Source of the DNA: Takakia lepidozioides
Taxonomy: Eukaryota > Plantae > Bryophyta
Reading direction: 5' to 3'
Length of the DNA: 64,000 bases
Assembly (NCBI GenBank): GCA_030704615.1
Contig: CM060734.1
Location: 42,842,001-42,906,000 of the forward strand
Shown here: one piece after another, positions 38,131 to 50,575 of the stretch
Layout of the letters: each line of letters begins with the position of its first letter
Position numbering within the stretch: the stretch's first letter is position 1
Program-made: the position numbers and the translations under genes
The notes under the pieces: generated by a model
The model's input: only the letters and a program-made list of their open reading frames with translations
The model's database searches: none
Told to the model about the DNA's origin: nothing

Positions 38131-38503
38131 CGATCCATAGAATCAGTGACAAGTGGACGCATAATAACTTCAGGAAAATGGATGACGAGAAGAGAAAACG
38201 GAAATTACTTTAAAATAGACACGTGGAGGTCAGGGCGCGACACACAGCGAGAGAAAGAAGTGCTAAGAACAGGTGTCAAAAAGAAAGAGGACAAGAACGG
38301 CCGTCAAAGGGATGAAAGGCAGGCCCATTAATGAATACGGAAAAAGGGAAACGGAACGAACGGCAAGTACAGAAAAGCGGAATTCTTGTCACATGTGTGA
38401 TCCTAGTGGACTATCCAACAGGGAAAGTCCACTAAAGAAAATAAAATCTAAAATCCAGTCACAGCGGATACAGCAATAGAAAACCAGAGAAAGGATCAAG
38501 AAA

Positions 38504-41500
38504 ATGGAGGGGGAAATTGAGCGCAAGAGGCGGCGTCGTTCTGAGTAACGGGCGTCTCGACGGGACAGACCATCAATGCTATACTTGGAAACTATGGAGG
38601 AACTAACAGACTATACGCTCGCAATATTACTTACGCAGTGGCATAGACACGAAAGGACAGAGCGGAGCTTTCTCTTGAGCGATGCTTGCAAGCCCCGCAG
38701 GCTTACAAGAAATTACCCATAGCTTTCTGCGGCAACCATACGTTTATGCTTTGTGCACTACAGGCATTCCTGCAGTTGTTACAGCCAAAACAGTTCTCTG
38801 AGTCTAAAATGAAGAGGGTGAGAGGAATGGAGGAAATCAGGGTGAAGAGCACCACAATTCTGCAGAAACAAACAATTGCTACCCCACAGGCGATACAGTT
38901 ACGGAGGAGCTGAGATTGCAAGGATTGCAAAGCCTAGATTGGACATTACACCATAGACAGTACATGTTACAATTTTTGCAGAACTTTGAGCCAAGGACAG
39001 GAACAACAACGGTGAAGAGAGTAGGAATTGATGATTACTCCCCTATACCTCCAGCAATTGTTTCGATTGCCAGCAGGTCAGGTGCATGTGGAGGAACACA
39101 GGGCAAGACTGCAAATAGGGGACTTATTCCAAGAAGGGAGTTTCTTTAAAACTCAGGGTTATGCTTGTACCAAGGTGTGTACCCAGGGCTAAAAGAGGTA
39201 GGCCAGGTATTGAACGTTCTGATTGCCATTGAAACAGAACCAACAGTATTTGAGCAGATCCTTCACGGAGGAAATACTCAAAGGCCTGAAGGGGACAAGA
39301 GGTACAATGGGCGGACATAATGTACAACGCACTGGTGCAGAGGAGATGAAAAGATTACAAGGTACTACCGCAAAGTCTCCTATCATAGTGTCTGGCCCAA
39401 TCATTGCTCAAATAATCCTTGATTCTGGCATACTTGATGCGCAAGAAAGAAAGGAAATGGGAGTTTTGAGCCAGAAACAACTGCAATGGAAGAGCAAGGC
39501 TCTTCACACAGTGAGGGTGGACTAGCAAGGGCAAACCGAGACTAAGAGGCAGAGACGGGGAAAGACTTTGTAGTGGCGGATCCACTGGCTTCACGGATTC
39601 CGCATATAAATGTTTCCAAGCTCATGGCCAGGAAGGGGCACAGCAGCACACTGGAAGCAGGACCTTCAGAGAGGGAGGAGGAAGTTACTTCTGTATCACA
39701 ACATCACAGCCCAACTGATCGACTTGTCACAAGTCACAAGTTATCCATGCAGCTCAATCAGAAATAAATTGATTTGGAAAGAGAAGGGTTAGATATTCCA
39801 ACTACAGAAACAGATAGTGGCAGAATGGAGAAGGGGGACCTTCTCTATGAATATTCTGGTCTGGTCAAGGAGGACAGAGATCCCAAAGGTGCAACAGTTG
39901 CCAAAGAAAATCCTGAGGTGCATATAATACACACACCTGTGTCGGAGGTACCACAGGCGGAAGGTCATGACACTGTAGCACCGGTGATAGATGAAGTAGT
40001 TCAGGAAGAAAATCCGGTGGGACAATGGCCTGATGGTTCGTGAGACATCACACTGTTGAAGATCAGGAGGAACAGCAGCAACCTCACCATGATGACCCTC
40101 AACAGGCAATGCTGATGAGTTCCATAGGCAGGACACTTAATTGTTGGGGACTTATGTCAAATCCCATGTTCCAATTACCCAATTGACAGCCTTGAGAGAG
40201 GAACTCAGGAAGGAGTTTGAGGCTCGACTAGCCACTGAGTGTGCAAACAAGGTCGATGAAGAGGTCACTCTCAAGATGCAGCAGGACTTGGGAAATACAG
40301 AAATGGCTTTGCAATTGGCCAAGGAACAATTGATTGAGGCAGGCCTCGCGCAAGACCAGTTGCACGAAGCACATAAGCAACAGCTATACCAAATGCAGGT
40401 GCAGCATGAAAGCAAGTTGCAAGAACTGAATGCACTACATACGGAGTTGCAGACAGTGCATGACAGGATGGCGATACAATGTGCTACATTCACAACTATG
40501 CTTGACCAATCTACAAAAGAAATAAACAGTCAAGCGGAAAAATGTACGAAGGCAGAAGAAGAGAATGTTGAGCAAATGAAGCTCATTGTCGATATGAAGA
40601 ATACAATCTGTCGCAATGAAGATACTTTCAAGCAATACAGGCAGATTGAAGCTGATCAAGAGAAGCACATCGTGGAGTTGCAACAAACCATCATGGCCAA
40701 TAGAAATGAAATCGCGGTCAATAACAAGGCTTGGAAGGAAGCCAATAATCTACTTGCTGCTATGCGCAATTTGTTGAACCTCAGGCGAAGCGCATGGAGG
40801 CTTTACAACAGCAGTTGGAATTGTACAAGCTAAGAGAGGAGCAAACTCTCAGGGGAACCACAAGCAACTTGGTGGATAACAGCCTTATGCAGGTCTGGTT
40901 AGCACAAGGGCCAGTAGAGGGCAAAGCACACGAAAGCTCACCCAAAGCGAGATGAATGAGCTCAGACTGCAGGTGCAGAACATTGCCACAACTACTACTA
41001 CTATAGACAATGTCTATAGTAGGATAGCAGAGTTACAAGAGGATGTAGACGGACTGCAGACTCAAGTGGAAGACCTCACTTCAAACATCGACAAAAGAGT
41101 CTATATCCCTCAGGAACAGCTAATGGCTTCTTATTTACAAGCCAGAACTTTGGCTTTTCAGTCTTCACAGGAGGTGCAGGAGATGCCAATGATACAAGAG
41201 CCAGTACCACCACCACCACAACAAGTCACTGTACCAGTAGCTGAACCTGTGGTTACTACAACCACACCACAGCCACCACAGCCGGAGGTATGGGGCAATG
41301 CCGCTTTTAACCCACCTAAAACTCCAGCTGCAAGGAGTACAGTAGGGCTATGATTATGCCCTTCAACCAAATTCCCATCATGTTGGATTTGGCTTGGAAA
41401 GAATTTAGTCCTCCGCAGTCATTCGCACATTACTACCAAATCATGCGTATTTGGCTGCCAGTGGCAACTAGGACTAAAGTTCTTCCGAACATCGACATAT

Positions 41501-42354
41501 TGAAGATCATCACTTTGCACAATACTGGCACGAGGCAGGTACCATGTTGAGGGAATTGATTGCTTTCCAGGTTGTACATGGACTCATTTATACCAAGACC
41601 AAGGAGGTAGCAAGTATTGTCATGGGGTGCGGGTTATACTACGCTGCTTGTTTTCTGGTACGTTACCACATTGAGCAACAAAAGATGCAAACACGCTTTC
41701 TGAGTTATTCCAGTGGAGATCATTGGGTATTACCTTCGGTGCCACCTCATATGTACCTATATGACCCAAAAGTTATGATGCAAAAGGATTCTCAAATTCG
41801 TTCATGGTTTCAAGCGGCCTGGAACCATTTGTCAACACAGAAATTCGCATTGATGACATTTTCTATAAGGGACATGTGGCATGGAAATACTTGCACGCTG
41901 CACCAGTAATTGGTACCCCATCACCTGGACAGACAAGGAGCTCAGTGTCTACACCAATTTTGCTGTTCAGCGGTTACACCAAGTTGTAAAATACAAACTT
42001 CCAGACATGGTAGGACAACATTGTATGCCCCAGATGATTCCACAAAAAGTTCGAAAATTAAAACACCTGAGAGGCGATGAGGATTCTGATACAACTGTTT
42101 CTTCACCGAATTCTTTTGACATGGGAGAAGACTATGCAATTCAGATGGCAGAGAAGAAGCGACGGGGGTCTCCTATGCCGAAAGGTTACCTCGATATCAG
42201 CCTCCAGAGGGCCTCACTTATCCAGGTAGTGATCAACCATCTCCGTCAACCAGAGACAGACCTCGGGCTCGTACACACAGTCCGCCACGAAACTCTCAAC
42301 GTCAAAAAGGTGCTCACTCACAAAGGTTTGCTAGTCGAAATCAGTAAACCGTGA
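38504..42354 (+). pseudogene. Large extra 3' ORF(s) of the nested retrotransposon, with a long coiled-coil segment (frameshifted as assembled)
   Basis: Overlapping + ORF fragments tile 38504-42354 almost continuously (e.g. 39223, 39774, 40141-40833 and 40952-41353 heptad-rich, 41350, 41544, 41881) and end just before the PPT. Confidence 0.7.
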
Positions 42355-45300
42355 GGACACGGCTTTTTGAGGGGGGAAGGGGTAATGTTAGAGGACTGTC
42401 TGGGACTTAGACACTTATACGGGATCTGTAGGGTACCCTTAATTTTTGCACAGACTGAGACCAACAGAAGCCTTAGGGGTGACAGCAGCGCACTGTAGAG
42501 GGGGTTACACAGCCCGTCACAGTCGACACACGCCAACACAGCACCGTCACAAGCCGTCACAGCACACACAGCCGACACAGCCAACACAGCCCGTCACAGT
42601 CGTCACAGCAGACACAGCCGACACAGCCCGTCACATAGCCACACAGCCAGTCACAGCCCGACACAGCCAAACACAGTCGCACAGCCAGTCACAGCCCGTC
42701 ACAGTTTCACCACAGCCAGTCACAGCTTGACACAGCACAGCTGTCACGATAATAGGGAACGAAGAGTAGGACAGGGAACGACTGTGGGGAACAACACCTG
42801 CGAAGGGAACATGTTAGTTCACAGACGACGGTTAGTGAGGGAAACGGTTAGAACCCGGATAGGAAGATAAAGGGGAAACGGGGAATTGAGGGATTATCAT
42901 TCGGAGGAGGACTTCTTGGTCATGGAGGAGAGGGGATCGGGCAAAGATGAAGAACGGAAGTGAAGATAGAGAGATGATGAGTAGATGCTTGATATATGCA
43001 AGGCTGTAATGATATTGTAGAGTAGATTAGAGACACAATGGCTTCGGCCTGATACCTGATAAATCATAATCGGATACTTTTACGATACAATCACACTGTG
43101 TAGAGAGATCTGAGTGAAGCTGTGAAATGAATGGATGAGTTGATGGAATCCAATAGATTGATAAAGCAAACTGATACTTAATTATCAAGGGTAAGATAGC
43201 TAACATGAATACCAAAAGGGAAACAAATAGGAAACACCCCCATGATACACTAGCTGTAGGTCATGACTGATTGTTCTGCGCGGGCTGAGTACTTAGAGAT
43301 TTCCAACTCTTCTATCTTGGAGTTTCCGCCTCGAATAGCGAAGGGATGGGTGAGTAAAAGCCGCGCGACACCATAGTGGGCAGCATAGTGGCAGCCTAGT
43401 GACTGACTAGTTGTAGCCTAGTGGTTGGACTAATGGCTGGACTAGTGGTGGACTAGTGATATACTAGTGTGTGGCGTGCACATGTGTTATGTGGTTTTGG
43501 ACAGCGATGTAGTAGTGTAGCGATATGTATGCGCACGACATCTTGATTCCAGCAAATGGCCAAGCGAATCCGCAGCAATGAGAAAGAGGAACGGGGCCAG
43601 GCGGCAGCCCTGCCTCACCAATCTGGATATTGGGAAAGCCTTGGAAACCACCCCATTCACCATAACCTTGCTTGACGCTGAGTATAGTAGAATGTGAACC
43701 CAGTCCAGGGAGGGCCCCGCCAGCCCAGTTCTTTGAAGAGCCCCCATCAGAAAACTCCAGTCAATGGAATCAAACGCCTTCTCAAAGTCAAGCATTAAAA
43801 ATGCAAGCGGTTGATTGTTAGTTCAGCTCTGTGAAGGGCTTCATGGGCCAGAAAGGATGTTGTCAAGGATCATTTGGTCCTTTAGGAAACCTGTCTGCTC
43901 TTTCCTAATGATCTTTGAAAAAAGCGGTTGCAACCTCAATGCAAGGGCCTTTGCAATAATCTTGTATGTGCAATTCAATAGGGTGATAGGTCAATAATTT
44001 GCTAAGTCTTCCCTGTCTCCTTTTTTGAAAATGAAGGTGATAAGTCCTTGCGACATCTGTGAGGGCATCATCTTCTTCTGCAGAATGTCAATCGTCATCA
44101 TTAGGAAGTCCTCACCAATAGCTGGCCACAATGCCTTGAACAGCTCAATCGGAACTCCGTCTAGACCAGGCGATTTGTGAGAAGCCATGGAGTTCAGTGT
44201 TTGACCCAATTCCCTAGCGGTGAAATGGGCCACCAGGCTGGCTTTATCGGACTGAGAGAGAGAACACGGAATGTGATGTAACAGGGTTTCAGTGGCTGCC
44301 TTCCTCTGCTCTGTTGATTGATGCCTTTCAAACAGAGTGTGAAAATATCTTTCAGCTATTGATGCCATGATTTTTGGTTTGTCAATGGTTTGACCTGCTG
44401 AGTCTTTCAGAGCTGGAACCAGCGTTGCGGCTCGTCTTTGTGCTGCATTTACAAAGAAATACTTGGTCATCTTTTCCCCTTTAAGGGACCAATTCACCCC
44501 AGCCCTAGTCTGCATGAACTGCTCTTTGGCGTTTAGCAACATAGAGAGGTTCCTCTTAGCTGTTTTATAAGAAACCATAGTCTGAGGGCCCTCCTGTCCG
44601 GACTGCAATTGGAACTGACATATCTCCAAACACTTTGTCAGAGCTTAAATCAGCCTTCTGCCGTTTTCCATTGCTTTTTCCTTCGAGATGTGTTTACACA
44701 TGTTTCTCAGAATGTCCAGCTTTTCCAGAAACCGCAATGTGGGGGAGGTGTAAGGGATAACTGCCGAGGTCCATGCCTTCTGCAGGGCAGTAACCACCTC
44801 TGGGACTTGGAGAATAGACGGATTCATTTTGAAGAAACCTCTGCCCTTCAACTTATACCCTGGAGCACTAAGGAGGATGTGAACAGCTGCATGATCAAAC
44901 TTCGGTAAAATTGGTTGTAGTGGGGTGCTCGTGGTCTAGGCCAGCAGAGTAGGTGAGCAATAAAATCTATCCAAGCGCGCCTCGCACAGATTAGGCGGGT
45001 CCCTGTTGATGCTCTAAGAGAATTTCAGGTCACCCTGCCGTGGAGCAGTTGCATCAAGGAGACCCACAGTGAAACACATCGCATCCCAAGAGTTCATTCT
45101 GCTATGGAGAGCCCATGAGCTTACCTTCCCAGCCTATCTGTCTCCTCTTCCACCAAGTTGAAGTCTCCTCCCATGAGCCAATGTTGGATGTGCGGGTGCT
45201 GCAGCATTTTGTCCCTGATCTGATTCCAAAAAAGAACTCTTTCCTCCTCCCCATTGGGGGCATAGGTATTTAGTAGCCCTACTTCACCAAGAGATTGACC

Positions 45301-47829
45301 CAGATTCATAGCTAGAAACTGGACTCTACCCTGGATCCAGACGACGTTGGAAGTAATGGAATGAAGGAGAGAAGGAGATACAAGAATAGCTATGCCGCCT
45401 CTTGAATCTATCACCGTGGGGTTCCAAAATGCAGTGGCGGAGGGCCATAGGGAAGCACCTAAGGAGGCAATTTTGTGTTGATCTAACTTGTGTTCTTGCA
45501 GAAAAAGCAGATTAGAACCCCTAACAAATGTGGAGGCCCAGCTTCTAACTCTGGCTCTTTTGGGGGCAGAGTGGTGGGAGCCCAGACCCCTCACATTCCA
45601 AGAGCATAGGGATAGATTCATTTGGGGGAGACAGAAAGGCCCGTGTGTTCTACACAATTTGATGCCCAGATGGGGTCAAAGAAGAACTTAGTGCGCTTAT
45701 CCGACAAGGGCCGAGTGGAAACCCATTTGAAACCTTTAAGCAAGAGGGGTATAGCTGGAAGGTGCTAGGTAAACACTGTTTTGGCACGTTTCCTTTTGGT
45801 TTTGCAATTTAAAGGCATGAATTGATTTCCACTGTCCCTCCGAACTGAGAGAAGATCAACAGAGATGTTGCAAGATAAAGTTTGTGACGGAAAGAGGAGG
45901 GCAGAAGGGAAAGAAGGAAGGACAGAAGTATCCCGCCAACCTTGGAGAACTCGCTGGGAAGAGGGATGGCTGTCTAACATTAGGGTCCATACCCTTTTTC
46001 CATTTGCAGCATGAGGTATGTAGAAATGAGGGGAGAGGAGGAGGCATGCGAGTCCATGCTTACCGGGGGTGGGGAGTTGACTGTCTCCTCCGGAAGCAGG
46101 AATGTGATGGAGTGATCTGCAGCTGCGTTGGAGGAGAAATTGAAGTTGGTGTTGCCCACCAGCACTAATTCTCTATTTAAATTTGGTTCTTGCTGGGGAA
46201 CTGTGACATCCTTCATCTTGTGCATCTTGTGGTGCTCATCCACCTGCCCAATCCCCTCCTCGAAAAATTTTCTGCTGCGAGCCCATTTTGTGGGGTCCTT
46301 AACCCTGCAAGACAGAAAGTACTTACACACCCAAAGCCATGAGTCATGAGCACCTGATGTGTCCAAATCCGACCTGCAAATAATCGGCAGCAACGATGTA
46401 AGAGTCATTGAGTGTAGGCAGTTTAATGGACGAGCCAATGGAGGCATTCTCTGGCATGAGGACAACAATCTTTGGGACGCCATTATTAGAATTGTGCTCG
46501 TGGTGTATGACCTCCGTATCCATACCGAGGATTTGGTCTTGAGCAGGCTCATAGATATTGATGGCCCCAATGAAGGATCCAAAACTTGCTCCAATTTCTG
46601 GTAATGAAGTGAGGTAGGTAGGTGGGAGGAAAGGGATGGCGATCACCCTTGGTTTCCAGATTATGCCTTTTTTGTGCCCCCAGTCATGGGTCCAAGGGAA
46701 GATGAAGACCTTGGTTGATGAGAGGTGGGCATTGAAATTTAGCGCTTTGTCCACGTCCGTGGAGGAGGAGAACAAGATTGCGTAGAACCCCTTGCCCATA
46801 GGAAGGCAGAAGTGATGTGCCAGACCCCGTCCGCTCCCAGATGTTGCAGAATCCATCTCCTTATCCAGACTCTGGTGTGAGGCATACCAGGAAAGTACAC
46901 CAAAATTCCCGATTTGGTCAGCTTTTGAGCTTGCGCTTGCATTTTGGCCTTGTCAAGTTTAATAACCTACTGATTTGTCTCCGCCTGGACCACCGTGTCT
47001 TCCCAGCAAGCTTCTGCAGACATGGGTGATGGAGGTGGATCGTTGTGCGTGTAAAATAGCAGCAAGAGGGGGCAGATAGTAGAGGAAGTGGGTGCTTGAC
47101 ACTTGATGCAATTCAAGTCTACATGACAGAACGCTGTAAATGACAATAGCATCACGGGAGACATAGAATGTAAATGGTTTTGATGACTTCCCTGGCAAAC
47201 GAATGCGCAAAGGCAGCTACACATCTTCGCAATATTGTCCCTCTTATTTTCTGCCAACATTAATAAAGAGGAACTGCAATGCCGCAACCTTGGGAATCAA
47301 AGTGAGCTAGCATAGAGTGTGAAGCGCCAGGATGCCAGAAGGATGTTGGCAGAGGGGGAAATGTGTTGTAGTATGCATGTCGGCTCATTAACGATTCTTA
47401 TGGGCAGGATAATGGAGTGAGAGGATCGGTTAGAGAACTCTAGGTCAGTGGGGGAACATTCCTCGAAGAAGCGGGGGTCCTTTCAACAAAAGTAGAATGA
47501 AAGAGAGATGGAGAATGATGCTGGGAAAAGATGAATGTTGTACAATTCGACGAAGCACACCTTGCTTTCATGGATCACTACCTGTGAAGAAGAAGAAGGG
47601 AAGAGAGGAAGAAAACGGCTGAGTCCTGGGGCACACTCACCGCAAACTGTGGAGCGTCGGCCCCTGGGCTCACCCATCCTGTTTAATAAATTTCCCAGTG
47701 CTACAATCCCCCGGTTGCTTTTATTTAAAAATAAATAAAAAAGAATATAAACATCCAAAAATATTTTTACTACAAAAAGACAAAACAATGCATAACATGG
47801 AGAATCCTAGGAATAATGTATGAAGTTAA

Positions 47830-48345
47830 TGCCATTGTTGGTCTGGTATATAGGTGAAGGACTGGTATAAAGTATTGGTAGATGCACTGGTATTAGATAC
47901 CAGACCAAGTCTGGTATTTGGGACAATACTTGGTCATATACTAGACCGGGCTGGTATCAGTTTTACATACCAACCACAATACCAGTACTTCCCCGCCGCC
48001 TTCCTCATTTACTCTGGTATGTATACTACACAGATTTATGTGTACATATGCTTATATACTTGTACTTATGTATATTTATTTCTTTATTTGTATTGTATTT
48101 GCTTTCACTCGATACTTGCTATGTGATGAACTTGTAACTTATAATGGCTTTGGAATGATACCAGAATTGATATCTCATACCAGCTGATATTGTAGTCATG
48201 ATACTCATGCTTATACCAGTATCCGGGAAAAAGTACATCCACCATTATGTAGACCAGACTGGTATAAATTTTTTGTGATGCATTTGGTACCATGACCAGT
48301 CTGGTAGGTCCTGAACCTGATACCAGAGCAACACTGGTTAATACC
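47830..48345. repeat. CTGGTA/TACCAG motif cluster, probable MITE-like remnant(s)
   Basis: More than 15 copies of CTGGTA or its complement TACCAG, often as palindromes (TACCAGACCAAGTCTGGTA). Ends not resolved. Confidence 0.5.
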
Positions 48346-49029
48346 TGTGTGTAACCCCTGATAAGACAATAGTTGGTCTCCATCATATTGAATCTTCTCC
48401 ACAGTCTCTTGAGAATAACATGGAATTGAATGGAGTATAACTTCAGTATAAGTGACAGTGGCAGAGAGGGACTGTAAACTCCACTCGGGGTTACACAGTG
48501 GAGAGTGGAACTCCCCTTGGAATGACATGAAAGTATAACTCCACTCGGTGTAACCCACACTTGGTCTTGAAATTTGACCAAGTCCAAATTTGGCTAAGTT
48601 TAAAATCGACTAAGAGGAGTTAAGGGGGACGACGCAAACCATAGAAGCCAAAGGTAACATCATCACCCATCAAGAATCAAACTTTCCACCTCATCGCCTC
48701 CAAATACCATCACCTTACAAATAGGCTATTCATTATTATCTGACAATCTCAAAAAATAATGTAGGCATATGATGTGATTGTACTTTTGCCGGATGTAGGC
48801 GGCGTTGGGCTCTCCTCTGGCAAGTCCCTTGTCAAATCTTCCCCACCTCGTTACTACTTTAGAATGCGAGACATTGTTCTTAATGGTTTTTGCATAAAAT
48901 GTGTTTCTAATCAAAAGGAACATTGGTCTCAGAAGTCGTCACTAGTAGTGCGGAGCAACGCGTAAACCCTGGTTTGAAGTTATACACATCCACAAATTTT
49001 TGTTTTTCACAAATAACTAATGATGCCAC

Positions 49030-49240
49030 TAATTAGTAGCTTAGTCGGATAGAGCATTGAGTGCCACCTAGGTGATTCTGCATTCAAATCCTGATATATT
49101 GTTAGGTGTGGTATGCTCCTTTGGGCAGTGTCGCTTGAGCCTTGTGCTTCATGGCGAGGTTACTCTCAAAGAGGTTATTTTCTCCTCTCACTATTGAGCT
49201 TTCGCTCCCAATGTTTCCCCTTAAAATAAAATAAAATAAT
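49030..49240 (+). mobile_element. tRNA-derived SINE-like element
   Basis: A box TAGCTTAGTCGG (49037) and B box ATTCAAATCC (49082) at tRNA-like spacing, ~130-bp body and (TAAAA)n tail at 49222-49240. No intact cloverleaf. Confidence 0.6.
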
Positions 49241-49488
49241 GGTATTCACATTGGTCATTAGCATTTCTCATAAAATTGATGTGACCATATAGATCTAGAT
49301 AAAATCTCGATAAACATCATTGTCTAGATAAAATTCATTGTCTTCATAGAAAATATTGATATTGATATTTGTCTTCAAAGTTTTATAGTTTGTTCTATGA
49401 TCTATCAAACTATGTTTTAATTATAATTATCATTATTCTAATTGTAGCAATTCTTTTTTCTTTTTTCTTTCTTGGGCAGCTTAAGAAG

Positions 49489-50575
49489 TGTCGCGCGGCT
49501 TTTACTCACCCATCCCTTCGCTATCCGAGGCGGAAACTCCAAGATAGAAGGGTTGGAAATCTCTAAGTACTCAGCCCGCGCAGAACAATCAGTCATGACC
49601 TACAGCTAGTGTATCATGGGGGTGTTTCCTATTTGTTTCCCTTTCCGCATTCATCTTAGTTACCTTACCATTGATAATTAAGTATGAGTTTACTTCATCA
49701 ATCTATCGGTTTTCTTCACTCATCCATTCAATCCACAGCTTCACTCAGATCTCTCTACACAGTGTGATTGTATCGTGTAAGTATCCGATTATGATTTATC
49801 AGGTATCAGGCCGAAGCCATTATGTCTCTAATCTGCTCTACAATATCACTACCGCTTTGCATATAACAAGCATCTACTAATCCTCTTTCCTCCTTCACCG
49901 TGCTCTCCATCTTTTGCCTCCGATCTCCGCTCCAGCCTCACTCAGAAGTCCTCCTCCGAATAATCCTCCCCTTCATTCCCTGTTTTTCCCTTTATCCTCC
50001 TATCCGCGGTTCTAACCGTTTCCCTCTCTAACCGTCGTCTGTGAACTAACATGTTTCCTTCACAGGTGTTGTTCCCCACAGTCGTTCCCTGTCCTACTCT
50101 TTGTTCCCTATTATCGTGACAGCTGTGTCAAGCGGTGACTGGCTGTGTTTGGCTGTGTCGGGCAGTGACGGGCTGTGACTGGCTGTGTGGCTGTGCCGGG
50201 CTGTGACTGGCTGTGTGGGCTGTGCCGGGCTGTGACTGGCTGTGTGGGCTGTGTCTGCTGTGACGACTGTGACGGGCTGTGTGGGCTGTGTCTGCTGTAA
50301 CGACTGTGACGGGCTGTGTTGGCTGTGTGGGCTGTGACGGCTGTGTGGGCTGTGTGGGCTGTGGGCTGTGACGACTGTGACGGGCTGTGTCGGCTGTGTG
50401 GGCTGTGTGGGCTGTGACGACTGTGACGGGCTATGTCGGCTGTGACGACTGTGTAACCCCCCTCTACAGTGCGCTGCTGTCACCCCTAAGGCTCCTGTTG
50501 GTCTCAGTCTGTGCAAAATTAAGGGTACCCTACAGATCCCGTATAAGTGTCTAAGTCCCCTACAGTCCTCTAACA
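49489..50575 (-). mobile_element. Solo LTR of the same family as the 30437-43370 element
   Basis: Reverse complement of the LTR (TGTCGCGCGG...TCCTCTAACA). Perfect TSD AGAAG (49484-49488 / 50576-50580). More diverged, with a longer CACAGC array. Confidence 0.96.

Larger units (their letters stand above)
30437..43370 (+). mobile_element. Full-length non-chromovirus Ty3/gypsy LTR retrotransposon (Phygy/Tat-Ogre-like) with extra ORFs
   Basis: 5' LTR 30437-31145 and 3' LTR 42386-43370, both TGTTAG...CGACA. TSD CCATA (30432-30436 / 43371-43375). PBS TGGCGACCATACTGGG at 31148. PPT GAGGGGGGAAGGGG just before 42386. Confidence 0.96.
21517..43540 (+). mobile_element. Ty3/gypsy-type retroelement with PHD-finger integrase and split direct repeats (net ~9.1 kb after removing the nested 30437-43370 element)
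   Basis: Starts TGTCAAG (21517) and ends GCGCACGACA (43540). A1 21517-21710 = A2 30086-30279; B1 29978-30083 = B2 43412-43540. Flanks TGTT/TCTT; removing the duplication restores the LINE RT frame (LES-T/R-HDILGLQLP). Gag, protease, RT, RNase H, integrase order. Confidence 0.88.
18990..47672 (-). mobile_element. Full-length but degenerate L1-clade LINE (~6.7 kb net), split by the 21517-43540 insert
   Basis: ORF1-like 46344-47030. APE endonuclease 45121-45657 (SWNVRG, LQEHK, NTYAP, MGGDFN). RT 43545-44629 (KSPGLDG, LDFEKAFD, RQGC) continues in frame on the other side of the insert at 21516 (HANDT = YADD equivalent). C-terminal zf-RVT-like region 19637-20014. Poly(T) at ~18997-19012. Imperfect TSD-like CCATACTTTTT (18978) / CCATCCTGTTT (47673). 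Confidence 0.88.

Noticed and set aside
40141-42354. Retroviral envelope gene
   Set aside because: No signal peptide, furin site plus fusion peptide, or clear transmembrane anchor was recognised; left as an unknown extra ORF.
49030-49110. Functional tRNA gene
   Set aside because: A and B boxes are present but the acceptor and anticodon stems do not pair; SINE-like instead.
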